Positions 38,884-48,233 of a DNA stretch of 64,000 nt are shown one piece after another. The notes under the pieces were generated by a model, which worked only from the letters and a program-made list of their open reading frames with translations, was not told where the DNA came from and did not search any database. The DNA lies in the IMG/VR virus record IMGVR_UViG_3300033070_001371, positions 1-64,000 of that record, one strand, 5' to 3'. Numbering within the stretch: position 1 is the first letter of the stretch; each line of letters opens with the position of its first letter. The translations under genes were made by a program, and so were the position numbers. Origin of the DNA: a virus (lineage: Duplodnaviria; Caudoviricetes).

Positions 38884-41800
38884 CTACAGGTTGTTGTTGT
38901 GGTTACGTGGGCGTTTCGGCAAGCCCGGCGGCCCATCATCGACCGCACCCCCCGGGCGGTCGCGATCGGCGCTGGGCAACCGCTCGACGAAGGCGTCGCG
39001 CAGATCGGTGACGACCTTCGATACGTCGACGACGGTGATCTCATCGGTGCGCATAACTCCGCCAAAGGTGCGCAGGGCGGCCAGGACCTTCGGCGGGTCA
39101 TACTGATGCTCGCGCTGTGCGAGCGCGTGCTGATCTAGCTGGTGCTTGAGCAGGTTCGGTGGTGTACGGCAGTACGGCTCTACGCGATGAAGCAGCCCGC
39201 CCGGCGCTACGACCGAGATCCAGTCGACGATGAGGTACTTGAGGTCCTCGAAGTAGTAGACACCTGCCTGCGCGTGGTTGAGCGCAAGCCAACGCGTCGG
39301 GTCCTTCGAGCCAAGCATCACAGCGACCGACGTGATCGCGCCCGATTGCCCGACACGCAGGTTGTTGGTGCGGAAGAGGGTGTCGAAGAGCTGCGTCGTG
39401 ACGTTGCTTCGCGCGTTGGCAGTGAGCCGTCCGCGCCGCGCTTCGGTCGCCTTGATGACGAAGTCCTTCCAATCCTCGCCGAGCAACGCCATGAGCGGCG
39501 CAATTGGATAGAAGTTGCGCAAGAAACGCGTGTCGACGGCGAACGACGTGACCACCTTCCCCGTGCCCAGCTCGCGCTCGATCTTCTCGTAGTGCTCGCG
39601 ATAGGGTCGGTAGAACTTGATCAAGCCGAGGCCGAGCACGCGCCGCATGCGTGCGAGCTCTTCGGGCGGGAAGAGCTCAGTGAATTCCATCTGCGGGTCC
39701 TTGAGCCCTTCAACCTTCACGGTCTCAATCGTCAGGCGGCGGCTCGCGTCTTGCGGGTCGTGCGCCGGGTGGATCGAAGCCGTGACGACGTTGGTGCGCA
39801 CCACCATCTGGCGTGAGCCGCCGCTCGGCAGCGCGCGCGAGATCACGGCGCCGCCGGGGAAGATTACTTGCCGGAGCAGCTCGTTGATCGACTGCACCTG
39901 CGCGGTCTTCGCCGTGGCGATCGTCAGGTCGCGTGTGAACTCCTCCAGGCCCATGGTCACCGAGGCGCGGTTGAAGCCTTGGTAGATCGAGGCCGGCGAG
40001 TAGTTGACGAGTCCTTTGGCCCACGGGCAGATCTGAAGGTGCGGAAATTGCCCGCCGCAGAACGTGCTGAGCGCCGTGGACTTGCCAGAGGAGTGCTGGC
40101 CGACGAGCTCCAAGTGGACTTTCGACGGCGAGAGATGCGGCGCAGAGAACGCCGCTTGGTAGTACGCGAGGAAGGTCGCGTCGAGATCGGTATTGAGCGT
40201 GCGCCAACCTGTGCGGTACAGCTGCACGAGCTTGCCGATATAGACGCGTACGTCGTCGATCGTGAAGTGGTTGGCTTCTTCGAGGTCACCAACACTGCGC
40301 AGCTCGGGGAAGAGAGGCACGGCGTCGGTCAGAAAGAGCGCCCTTCCGCGCGACGGACCGTCGAGCTTGCGCCATGCGAGCGAGAGCGAGCCGTCCGGCA
40401 CGTATGTGCCTTCGTAGACACACATGCCGTTGACGACCATGAGCACAAGCCCGAATGGCGCGTGCGGGTCCTCGATCACGTGGACGCCCTGCCCGTACTG
40501 CACGCATTCTTCACGCGTCGGCACGTCGTGGAAGAGCGATTGGATCGCGATCTTGAGGTAGTCGGCGAAGATGCGCTGGAGCTCACGCACCGGCTGCATC
40601 GCGCCCGGCCCCTGCTGAGGCATGACCCAGGCAGGAATGCCAACCTGCTCGGCGAAGAACGTGTGCACGTCGCCGACGACGTTGGCTAGAGCCGAGAGCG
40701 CCCCCGCGCCGTCGTCGGTACCGAAGCGGATCGTGCGATCCTTCGTGCGATGGTGCAGGTACAACACCGCGCCGCGCGTCGTGTCCTCCTTATAGAGCGG
40801 GTGGAACAGTCGCGTGAGCACGTCGATGATGCGGGCGATCAACCCCGCCTCGTCGTCTTTGCTCCGCACGATCTGACCCCTAACGATCGCAGGAGTCAGA
40901 CCGAGCTTCACGCAGACGCGTTCGACGTACTGCGCGAGCTGCGCAGCGTTGCGCACCGTCTCGCCGTACGTAACCGCGACAGACGTCCGTTCTCGAACGT
41001 CGTCAGGTCCGAGCGTTGCGGCGTCTTCGAGAGCGCGGTCCAGGGCCCAGACGTCGACAGGAACGAACCACTTGTCCGCTTCGTCAACGACCGTGCGTTT
41101 GAACACGTCGAAGCCGCCAAGTTGGACCGCGTCATCGGGGTCCTTTGGCATGCCTGGGATCTTGTCGAGAGCTGACCAGCCTCGAAAGACCTTGACGCCG
41201 ATCTCTGAAGCCGTCAGCAAACGCCCACGCAGCCACGTCTCCCCTTTACCGCGTACAGGGTGATCAGAGATCACGTAGATCGTGTCGAGCCCCGCTGCTC
41301 CGAGAGCGTCGAGGTCATTGAACGCGCCGTTGGAGGCCAGAAAGACGTAGCCGGTGTGCCCTGCCGACAGGAAGTGCTCCTGTGCGGTGATCGCGTCGTT
41401 CTCGCCCTCGACGAGGAAGAACCGCAGCGCCTTGGCTTCGGACGGGTCGAGCCCTCCGAGATGCGGCGCATACAGCCCGAAGTAGCCGATCGGTTCATCC
41501 TCAGTGAAGCCGGGCAATGTCAGGTAGTTGCCGTCCTTTTCGTCGTCCAAGTGAGGGCGGCGCAATCGGATCTTGCCCGGTGTGCGCAGGCCGTGGCCGT
41601 TGAAGAAGGCAACAGAGTTGGTCCACTCCGTCGCAGCAGGTTCGACGATGGCCTTGATGCGGTCGAGCACCTTCTCACGGCGATCAGGAGTGAGGTAGGT
41701 GTTCTGGAAGCGCGCGTACTGCGCGCTCGCTTGGGATTCCAGACGCTCAGCAGCGTACGCGAAGATCACGTGCTGCGGCGGCCAGACGCCGTAGGGCAGC

Positions 41801-42369
41801 GCGCCGAGCTGCTCGGGCTTGTGCTTGCGGTGCTGGAAGAGCCACTCCAGAACCGGCGCGGCGGCGTGCAGCGCGATCTCGTCGTAGTTCTTTCGGTCCT
41901 CGGGATCGAGCGGCGGCGCGAGCAGTCGCTGCGCGTACGTGGTGCAAACGTAGAGCAACGTCGCAATGGCGATGTTGTGTACGTCGTACGCCTCGACGTC
42001 ACCTTCGATCTTCTCCGAGACGAGGCGGCGGCCGGTGTACGTGAGCACCTGCGAGAGGGTCTCTCGGTACGACCAGCCGCGCGCGTCCTGGAAGAGCTGC
42101 AACAAGTTGCGGCTGAAGTAACCGCATGCCTTGCACTTGATCGTGCCGCGCGCCACGTCCAGGTACATCGACGGGTTCTTGTCGATGTGCCCTGTGACGT
42201 TGCCTGCGAGGCAGTTCGTCTTGACGGCCGTTGCCCCGATCTGCGTGATGCGGTTTTCGGGGAACGTATGTTCGAGCAGCGTCTTGAGTTGCGTGACGTC
42301 CAACAAGTTCAGGAGCTTGTGGCCGTCGTTGTGTGAGAACTTGGTTGCGGTACCGGTCTTTCGTGCCAT
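38884..42369 (-). CDS. Primase-helicase fusion (Zn-finger, TOPRIM and C-terminal P-loop ATPase)
   Basis: C...HIDKNPS...CKAC; VEGENDA...ISD; GQHSSGKS (Walker A) and GLEE (Walker B). Confidence 0.8.
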   Translation of the reverse strand: MARKTGTATKFSHNDGHKLLNLLDVTQLKTLLEHTFPENRITQIGATAVKTNCLAGNVTGHIDKNPSMYLDVARGTIKCKACGYFSRNLLQLFQDARGWSYRETLSQVLTYTGRRLVSEKIEGDVEAYDVHNIAIATLLYVCTTYAQRLLAPPLDPEDRKNYDEIALHAAAPVLEWLFQHRKHKPEQLGALPYGVWPPQHVIFAYAAERLESQASAQYARFQNTYLTPDRREKVLDRIKAIVEPAATEWTNSVAFFNGHGLRTPGKIRLRRPHLDDEKDGNYLTLPGFTEDEPIGYFGLYAPHLGGLDPSEAKALRFFLVEGENDAITAQEHFLSAGHTGYVFLASNGAFNDLDALGAAGLDTIYVISDHPVRGKGETWLRGRLLTASEIGVKVFRGWSALDKIPGMPKDPDDAVQLGGFDVFKRTVVDEADKWFVPVDVWALDRALEDAATLGPDDVRERTSVAVTYGETVRNAAQLAQYVERVCVKLGLTPAIVRGQIVRSKDDEAGLIARIIDVLTRLFHPLYKEDTTRGAVLYLHHRTKDRTIRFGTDDGAGALSALANVVGDVHTFFAEQVGIPAWVMPQQGPGAMQPVRELQRIFADYLKIAIQSLFHDVPTREECVQYGQGVHVIEDPHAPFGLVLMVVNGMCVYEGTYVPDGSLSLAWRKLDGPSRGRALFLTDAVPLFPELRSVGDLEEANHFTIDDVRVYIGKLVQLYRTGWRTLNTDLDATFLAYYQAAFSAPHLSPSKVHLELVGQHSSGKSTALSTFCGGQFPHLQICPWAKGLVNYSPASIYQGFNRASVTMGLEEFTRDLTIATAKTAQVQSINELLRQVIFPGGAVISRALPSGGSRQMVVRTNVVTASIHPAHDPQDASRRLTIETVKVEGLKDPQMEFTELFPPEELARMRRVLGLGLIKFYRPYREHYEKIERELGTGKVVTSFAVDTRFLRNFYPIAPLMALLGEDWKDFVIKATEARRGRLTANARSNVTTQLFDTLFRTNNLRVGQSGAITSVAVMLGSKDPTRWLALNHAQAGVYYFEDLKYLIVDWISVVAPGGLLHRVEPYCRTPPNLLKHQLDQHALAQREHQYDPPKVLAALRTFGGVMRTDEITVVDVSKVVTDLRDAFVERLPSADRDRPGGAVDDGPPGLPKRPRNHNNNL

Positions 42370-42392
42370 GGGCGGCCCTTCACCCTGCGGGT

Positions 42393-43526
42393 CTAAACGT
42401 TCGTCTCGCCCTTTCGTCGGGCACGCTTCTCGATCTCAGCCCGACCTTGCTCGCAGTGCGCGGAGAACCCGCAGAAGCTGCACTGCCAGCCCGTCTCGGC
42501 CTTGGGCGCGCCAGTGTCGACGAGCCCGAGCTTGAGCGCGGTGCGGTTCAGAAACTGCCGCAGCCACGGGAACATCGTGCGAACGATCTCGTCGCGAGTC
42601 CATGCGCCCGGCTTGCCGTCGAAGCGCGGGAACCAGTCGACCTTCGGTTCGCCGATGTAGTGGATGCCGGACTGCACGCCCTGCACCCACGGGAAGTTCA
42701 CCAGTGCGAGCGCCATGTACGCGTAGAACTGCGTCGAGTGCTCGCCGATCGGCTTCTTCTTGCCCGACTTGTGGTCGAGCACGATCAGGAAGTCATCGCC
42801 AGTGCGCATCGCGTGATCGACAACACCGCGCAGTAACGGCTTCATCGCGATGCCGCCTTCGATCACGTCGTTCGGCGTGGCAGGCGAAACGGGTCCCGGC
42901 GCCTTGGGATCGGCGACCGGCGGAAACGCCGCGAGGCGCAGCGTCGAAGCGCCCACTTCGACAACCTCGAACGCGCCCTTGAGTGCGCCTTTCGGCACGA
43001 CGACGTAGGCGGCGCGAGCGGTGAGCCCGACGATGTCTTCGGGTGTCTGGTCGACCAACTCGACGAGGTCATCACCGAGCCAGCGCAGCTCTCCGTGCCA
43101 GATGTCTGGCGGAGTGTCCGCCGTGACCTTGAAGGGCACGGCTTCGTGCGTCGGCGAGATCGCGAGTTGGTGCTCGATGAACTCGTGGGTGACGCCGTTG
43201 TTCTCCTTGAAGACGGTGATCCGATCGAGGAAGTCCTGGATCGCCGACATCTTCGCAGAGCAGGTAATCAGCTCTTCACGAGCCAGTTCGTGGACTTCAC
43301 CCTGCTCACGCATCACAGCGTGCAGGTCAATGCCGGGCGTACGCAGCCCTGCCTCGATGACGGCGTGCGCGACGACGCCGACGCGAGAGGAGTCACTCTT
43401 CTTCCCCTCGATGAGCTTCTCCACGTACTTGTGAAGGTACTGCTTGCCGCAGAGGTTCAGCACGCCGACCTTGGAGACCGACCAAGGCGCGTGCTTCAAC
43501 ACGATCTCGTTGTACTCGTTCGCCAT
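42393..43526 (-). CDS. PD-(D/E)XK nuclease (RecB/Cas4-like) with an inserted beta domain
   Basis: WSVSK...C, GVVAH, RGVVD...LDHKSG, QFYAY, CSFCGFSAHC. Confidence 0.8.
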   Translation of the reverse strand: MANEYNEIVLKHAPWSVSKVGVLNLCGKQYLHKYVEKLIEGKKSDSSRVGVVAHAVIEAGLRTPGIDLHAVMREQGEVHELAREELITCSAKMSAIQDFLDRITVFKENNGVTHEFIEHQLAISPTHEAVPFKVTADTPPDIWHGELRWLGDDLVELVDQTPEDIVGLTARAAYVVVPKGALKGAFEVVEVGASTLRLAAFPPVADPKAPGPVSPATPNDVIEGGIAMKPLLRGVVDHAMRTGDDFLIVLDHKSGKKKPIGEHSTQFYAYMALALVNFPWVQGVQSGIHYIGEPKVDWFPRFDGKPGAWTRDEIVRTMFPWLRQFLNRTALKLGLVDTGAPKAETGWQCSFCGFSAHCEQGRAEIEKRARRKGETNV

Positions 43527-43557
43527 GGAACACTCCGTCAGGCCAAAGAAACGGTAG

Positions 43558-43611
43558 GAAGAGAACGGCCCACGCCCCCGCCGCCTTTACGCGGTACAGG
43601 AGCGCGGGCCG
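43558..43611 (-). terminator. Intrinsic terminator after the SSB-like gene
   Basis: On the minus strand CGGCCCGCGCTCCTG...CGGGGGCGTGGGCCG forms a stem with G-U pairs, followed by TTCTCTT. A TTTACGCGGT site lies in the apex. Confidence 0.5.
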
Positions 43612-43623
43612 TGCAGCAGCGAA

Positions 43624-44802
43624 CTACAGGTTGTTCTTGCTGACGTCCTTCGTACCGCTCGGGCCCGTCGGAGCGGCAGCCGAAGCGCCCGCGTTCTTCA
43701 GCAGCGCGTCCATGTCAGACGCGCTCCCGGCGTTCGCGGAAACCTTGGGCTCCGTGGTGTAGATCGCGTACATTTGCGGCAGGTAGACCTCGTAGTCGAC
43801 CTGACGCACGAGCGCGTCCAGCAGCGCCTGTTCTTCCGCTGAAGGGTCGGCCACGTCCGTCGCGATCGACGCCGTGAGCTCGAACCAGCGGTCGGTGCCC
43901 AGCTTGGCCTCCTTGGCCTCCAGCTCGAAGGCGTGCTCGTAGTACGCCGTCCACGGGCGGGTCTTCTTCTTGATCGCAGCGGAGCCGGGTTTGATCGACT
44001 TGCCGTGAATCACGAAGCGGTACACGCCCGAGAAGTCCGAGAGAACGAAGTAGACGTGGTCCTCGTTGCGGCACGCGTCCTTGGTGTTCGGCTTGCCGTC
44101 CTTGAACGGACGGTGCGCGCACGCCTCGCACGAACCGAAGTAGTCGCCGCGCTTGCGATCGAGCGAGCGGCAGATCGGCATGTTCGAGCGCATCTCGACG
44201 CCCGCCGGGAGGTTGCCCGAGCGCGGCGGCCAGAACGTGTGCGCCTCGTGCACGCCGATCACGAAGCCCGTCACCGTGGTGCCGAGCTTGGCGTGCTTCG
44301 GGTTGTGCTTGAGGTTCGCGAGCGCGTCCTTCGGCGCCGCGAGGATACGGCCGTCGGTGGTGTAGATGCCGCCCTGCGGGCAGTCGCTGGGGCGAAGCTC
44401 ATCGGTGCCCGTGCCGTGGAACATGCGCATCTCAGGCAGGCGGAACTCCTGCCGCGTGGTGTGCTGTCCGGCCTTGACCGGATTCATCCGCGCGAGAGCG
44501 GCGGCGAACGCCGCGCGCTTCGCCTCGGACAAGTTGGCGAGCGCCGCCTGGATCTCGCCGGACTTGGGCGGCGCGACCTGCTCCACGTAGGCGGCCAACT
44601 GCGGCAGCGCCTCGCTGTAGCGCTTGGTCAGCGCGTGCGTCGGCACGTCGACGACGACCTCCGAAGAAGTGGTCGTCGCGAGCTCCGTCGAGGGGGCGGT
44701 CGGAGCCTCCGGCGTAGGAGCCGAAGCGGAAGCCGGCGTCGCAGGTGCGACGGCGGCGGGGTTCTGCGTGTTCTGCTTGTTCTGCTTGTTGTTGTTGGAC
44801 AC
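43624..44802 (-). CDS. Putative ssDNA-binding or annealing protein with a Cys4 motif
   Basis: GTG start with AAGGAG; CRSLD...SCEAC...AC motif; disordered termini; adjacent to the nuclease and primase. Confidence 0.55.
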   Translation of the reverse strand: MSNNNKQNKQNTQNPAAVAPATPASASAPTPEAPTAPSTELATTTSSEVVVDVPTHALTKRYSEALPQLAAYVEQVAPPKSGEIQAALANLSEAKRAAFAAALARMNPVKAGQHTTRQEFRLPEMRMFHGTGTDELRPSDCPQGGIYTTDGRILAAPKDALANLKHNPKHAKLGTTVTGFVIGVHEAHTFWPPRSGNLPAGVEMRSNMPICRSLDRKRGDYFGSCEACAHRPFKDGKPNTKDACRNEDHVYFVLSDFSGVYRFVIHGKSIKPGSAAIKKKTRPWTAYYEHAFELEAKEAKLGTDRWFELTASIATDVADPSAEEQALLDALVRQVDYEVYLPQMYAIYTTEPKVSANAGSASDMDALLKNAGASAAAPTGPSGTKDVSKNNL

Positions 44803-44817
44803 GGTGTTCTCCTTGTC

Positions 44818-44871
44818 GATGTGACCGAAACGCTAGTCACATCGGGCTATTGGTTTACCCTGTGACTAGCG
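44818..44871. promoter_or_regulatory. Operator-like array in the divergent SSB/sigma intergenic region
   Basis: GATGTGAC (44818), CGCTAGTCACATC (44831) and TGTGACTAGCG (44861) form overlapping inverted repeats, with TTTACCCTGT at 44854. Confidence 0.55.
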
Positions 44872-44892
44872 TCATGTAAAGGTTTCAGAAGG

Positions 44893-45717
44893 ATGGCTAA
44901 GACGAACAACCCGCTGCTAGACCTGCACTTCCGTGATGTCGGAACGCACCCGATTCGGTCGTCGAAAGAGGAGTACGATCTCTTTACGGCGTACCAAGAG
45001 GCGCGTACTCGCGCAGAGTTGTCGGCGAGTCCGAGCGAGCGGGAAAGGTTTCAAGCGAAGTGCGACAAGCTGCGCAACGAGATCGCGAGCGGCTACTACC
45101 GCTTCGTGATCAAACGCGCAAAACACAGGTCGCACGACGAAACGCTGTTCGCTGAGTTGATCTCCGCCGGCTACGAAGGGCTGCTCCATGCGATCACGCT
45201 GTTCGATCCCAAGCGCGGCAACCGCTTCCTGACGTACGCAGCGAGCTGGATCAACGTGAAGATGCAGGAAGCTACGTATCGCGTGCGTACGGTGCATGTG
45301 CCGAACCACACACGCAAAGAGATGCGACGCACGCGCGTTGAGAACGAGCGCAAACAAGCGCTCGGCGAGCACGTCGAACACTTCGAGGAACCGTCAATCG
45401 CGTCGATCGACAACGTAGTTATCGTCGACGAAAACATCGACGTCGAAGCCGATGTACAGCGCCAACGCGTTGACCCGCTGGCGCTGCTGGCGCAGGCGCA
45501 GCTGACGCGGGTCGAACGGTTGGTGCTGATCTACGCGTTTGGGCTGCGCGGTGGCGAACCTAAAGACGCGCGGACGATCGGGCAAATCCTGTACGAGATC
45601 GACGGCTCGCAGATGACGGAGCCGCGCGTAGAAGAAGTTCAGATCCGCGCCCTAGCACGCCTGCGAGCTCACCTCTCCGAAGAGGAGATCATGAGCTTCG
45701 CAGACGTGCTGGGGTGA
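44893..45717 (+). CDS. Phage sigma-70-family factor (RpoD/RpoH-like region 2)
   Basis: ELISAGYEGLLHAITLFDPKRGNRFLTYAASWI; region 4 LTRVERLVLIYAFGL...RALARLR. Confidence 0.88.
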   Translation: MAKTNNPLLDLHFRDVGTHPIRSSKEEYDLFTAYQEARTRAELSASPSERERFQAKCDKLRNEIASGYYRFVIKRAKHRSHDETLFAELISAGYEGLLHAITLFDPKRGNRFLTYAASWINVKMQEATYRVRTVHVPNHTRKEMRRTRVENERKQALGEHVEHFEEPSIASIDNVVIVDENIDVEADVQRQRVDPLALLAQAQLTRVERLVLIYAFGLRGGEPKDARTIGQILYEIDGSQMTEPRVEEVQIRALARLRAHLSEEEIMSFADVLG

Positions 45718-45722
45718 GTGGG

Positions 45723-46775
45723 CTACTCCTCGCCCTCGGGCAGCGCCGGCAGGTCGGCGAGCCCGGCGGCTTGGGCGAGGCCGTCGCGACGACCCTTCTC
45801 GTACGCCACGGTCTCCGGCTTGGCCTTGTCACTGGCCTTGAGCTTCGCGAAGCGCGCGTTCGAGAAGTTGTAAAAGGCCACGAGATCGGTCTTGCTGATG
45901 GGCTTGAGGTCCTTCGCCACGACCTCGTCGGGCAGCTTGACGGAGCGCCCGCCGGTCTTGGCGCTGCCCTTGCCCTTGTCGTCCGTGGCCTTCTGCTTGT
46001 TGAGCCACTTCTCGATCACGAACTTCAGGTACTTCGGCTCCATCTCTTCGTCGGTCGCCTGCTGCGCGAACGCGACCTGCATCTCCATGTCGGTCACGCG
46101 TCGAAGCTCGCGCACCACCGACGGTGCATAGCTCTTGAACGGCTCCTTGGCTCCCTCGCGGACCATCTTCTGGACGCGCTCGTCGAGCTTGCCGATCGCG
46201 AGCACCTGCGAGACGTTGCCCTCGGAGACCGAGAGCACTTCCTTGAGCTCAGACTGCTTGAGCCCGTTGGCCATCAAGTTCTGGAAGTAGGTGAACTTGT
46301 CCCAGAACGTCATCTGGTCGCGCTTGAGGTTCTCTTGGCCCGCGAGGACGAGGTACTCCTTGAGGTCCTTGATCTCCTTCGCCTTGCAAGTGATCTCCTT
46401 GAGCCCGGCCTGGATCGAGCCCTCGCGGCGGCGGCGCCCAGCAGCGATGAGCCAGACTTCTTTGCCGGTCTTCTTGTTGCGCGCGTAGGTCACGCACGGG
46501 TCCTGGATCAGGCCGTCCTTCTTGATCGACGCGACGAACTCCTCGTCGACCAAGGCCGGCGCCGAGCGTGCGTCGACCTTGCTCACCGCGATCTCCTTGG
46601 GGCTGATCTTGATGGAGCCAGTCGCCGCGACCTCGGCAGGCAGCGGCAGGAACTCGTACTCGAAACCGAGCGGGTTGGTCGCCCTCTCAGCGGCGGCGGC
46701 CGACCCGGACGGGTCGGACGACTTGGACTTGGCTTTCGCCTTGGGGGTGGTGTTCTCCGTGGTCTCCGTAGTCAT
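45723..46775 (-). CDS. parB: ParB/KorB-family CTPase DNA-binding protein
   Basis: SIKKDGLIQDP, IAAGRRRREG arginine patch, ENLKRDQMT, HTH (LKQSELKEVLSVSEGNVSQVL); ATG 46775 after AAGGAG. Confidence 0.85.
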   Translation of the reverse strand: MTTETTENTTPKAKAKSKSSDPSGSAAAAERATNPLGFEYEFLPLPAEVAATGSIKISPKEIAVSKVDARSAPALVDEEFVASIKKDGLIQDPCVTYARNKKTGKEVWLIAAGRRRREGSIQAGLKEITCKAKEIKDLKEYLVLAGQENLKRDQMTFWDKFTYFQNLMANGLKQSELKEVLSVSEGNVSQVLAIGKLDERVQKMVREGAKEPFKSYAPSVVRELRRVTDMEMQVAFAQQATDEEMEPKYLKFVIEKWLNKQKATDDKGKGSAKTGGRSVKLPDEVVAKDLKPISKTDLVAFYNFSNARFAKLKASDKAKPETVAYEKGRRDGLAQAAGLADLPALPEGEE

Positions 46776-47050
46776 CTTGGTCTCCTTGGTCTGTGGTCTC
46801 AGGGTCCTCGAATAGGACCAGCTCGCCGCGCAGGATCTTTCGGATCGCTGTGACGGCGACGCGCTTGTTGATGAGGGTGATCGGCAGCTCGCCGACCGCG
46901 CCACCTTCGAGAAGATGGCGGTAACACGCCCACAGCTCAACTGCAACAGCTACCTCAGCATGAGGCGACGTGAAGTAGGCTGTGAACAGGTAGTTGACGA
47001 CGCGCTGGTGATACCGGGCGTCGTAAAGGATGTGCGACTCAGTCGTCAGC
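46687..47050 (-). CDS. Possible small hypothetical protein; start unresolved
   Basis: A protein-like frame (SHILYDARYHQRVVNYLF...) fills the gap, but it overlaps the ParB start and has no clear ATG. Confidence 0.3.
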
Positions 47051-47237
47051 GCTCGAACGGCAACGTGCCGCAGTTCGGACACCGACGAGAGCGCGTCGCG
47101 GTTTCGAGAATTGGAACGTCGCACGTGGGACACCGTTCGAGGTTTGCCACGTCAGCCGTACGCCGTAAAGGCTTGGCTTCGATCTCTTCTACCGCGTCCG
47201 CGTCTAGATTCGTGACAACGCCGTACTTCTCACCCAT
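47046..47237 (-). CDS. Small Zn-ribbon protein (63 aa)
   Basis: MGEKYGV...CPTC...CPNCGTLPFE; GGAG Shine-Dalgarno. Confidence 0.65.
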   Translation of the reverse strand: MGEKYGVVTNLDADAVEEIEAKPLRRTADVANLERCPTCDVPILETATRSRRCPNCGTLPFER

Positions 47238-47416
47238 GGATACTTCTCCGTCAGGCAACCCGGACACGCGAGAAAGACGCGGCCGGTTGACGAAAAGCAC
47301 ACTAACCCCCAACCGCGCGCATCGCCAGGAGCTCGCGCGCCGCAGTCGGCGCACGTCAACTCAGGGTCAGGCAAGGAAGGAACGTTCGACAGTGGCGCGG
47401 CCGTCCGGTACGGCAC
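47204..47416 (-). CDS. Small Zn-finger protein (70 aa)
   Basis: CADC...CPGC; starts right after the nuclease stop. Confidence 0.45.
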   Translation of the reverse strand: MPYRTAAPLSNVPSLPDPELTCADCGARAPGDARGWGLVCFSSTGRVFLACPGCLTEKYPWVRSTALSRI

Positions 47417-47417
47417 G

Positions 47418-48233
47418 TCAGTCGCGCCCCCGGCATTGACCGTAGTAATTGCACCACTTGGGTGTGCACTTCCACGAGTCGAACGACGCCATCAAAAAGA
47501 AGCCCTTCTTAATGGCGTCGACCGTTTGCTCATAGTCTTCGATCAAGTTGCGGTGCTCGCGCGCGCCGCGCGTAGTAGACAGCCGGTGCAACGCAGGAGT
47601 CTTGGTGTTGACGAGGTTGTCGATGCGCCCGTGAGGCAGGCGCTTGACGGCAGTGTAGAGCGAGAGCTGCGGATCGTTCTTGACGTCACCCTCAGACCAC
47701 TTCGCTGCCGAAGTCTTCAGATCAGCGACGACGAGGCGCCCCGGGTCTGCCGGTTCGCTCTTCTCCAGGTCGACGAGGTCGATCACACCGCGCACGGTGA
47801 CAGTGCCGACCTTCACGACGAACGGCTCTTCGATCTCGATAGGTGTGACTTTCGATAGCCCCTCCGCGTGGTAGACGCGGTAAAGCCGGAGAGCTACGTC
47901 CTTGACCTTGCCAGGTTCTTCGTCACCCCACGTCTCGACCGCCTCCTTAGCTTTGTCGAAGGCGTCGGCGGCGACGGCAAGCTGGACGTCGAGGGCGGGC
48001 GCTGCACCGTGCTGTTGTTTGTGGCGGAGCGCAGTCTCGACGGCCGCGTGGATCGCGGTGCCGCGCGCCATCTGGGGGCCCGGCGGCGTCCGCTGTTCCT
48101 TGATGTACTTGTACTCGTACGCCCGCCCGCAGCTCTTGTACGTCTCGTACTGCGAATGCGAGAACGCGCCGCCCGGCAGCCCGGAATCGACAAGCTCTGG
48201 CGGGATGACAGGTAGATAGCGTTTCTCGCTCAT
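47418..48233 (-). CDS. Second PD-(D/E)XK nuclease (RecB/Cas4-like)
   Basis: FSHSQ...C, GTAIH, RGVIDL...ADLKTS, QLSLY, CTPKWCNYYGQC. Confidence 0.82.
   Translation of the reverse strand: MSEKRYLPVIPPELVDSGLPGGAFSHSQYETYKSCGRAYEYKYIKEQRTPPGPQMARGTAIHAAVETALRHKQQHGAAPALDVQLAVAADAFDKAKEAVETWGDEEPGKVKDVALRLYRVYHAEGLSKVTPIEIEEPFVVKVGTVTVRGVIDLVDLEKSEPADPGRLVVADLKTSAAKWSEGDVKNDPQLSLYTAVKRLPHGRIDNLVNTKTPALHRLSTTRGAREHRNLIEDYEQTVDAIKKGFFLMASFDSWKCTPKWCNYYGQCRGRD

Noticed and set aside
25941-42369. Inteins or introns in RNR, polymerase, terminase or primase
   Set aside because: The frames are continuous, and the inserts lack intein C/S...HN termini and LAGLIDADG/HNH motifs.
46750-46802. Short GAGACCA repeats around the ParB start and NKQ repeats at the SSB start
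   Set aside because: Low-complexity coding or RBS sequence; too short to support a function.
42393-48233. Cas4-like nucleases as evidence of a CRISPR-Cas system
   Set aside because: No cas1, cas2, effector gene or array is present; solo PD-(D/E)XK nucleases are common in phages.
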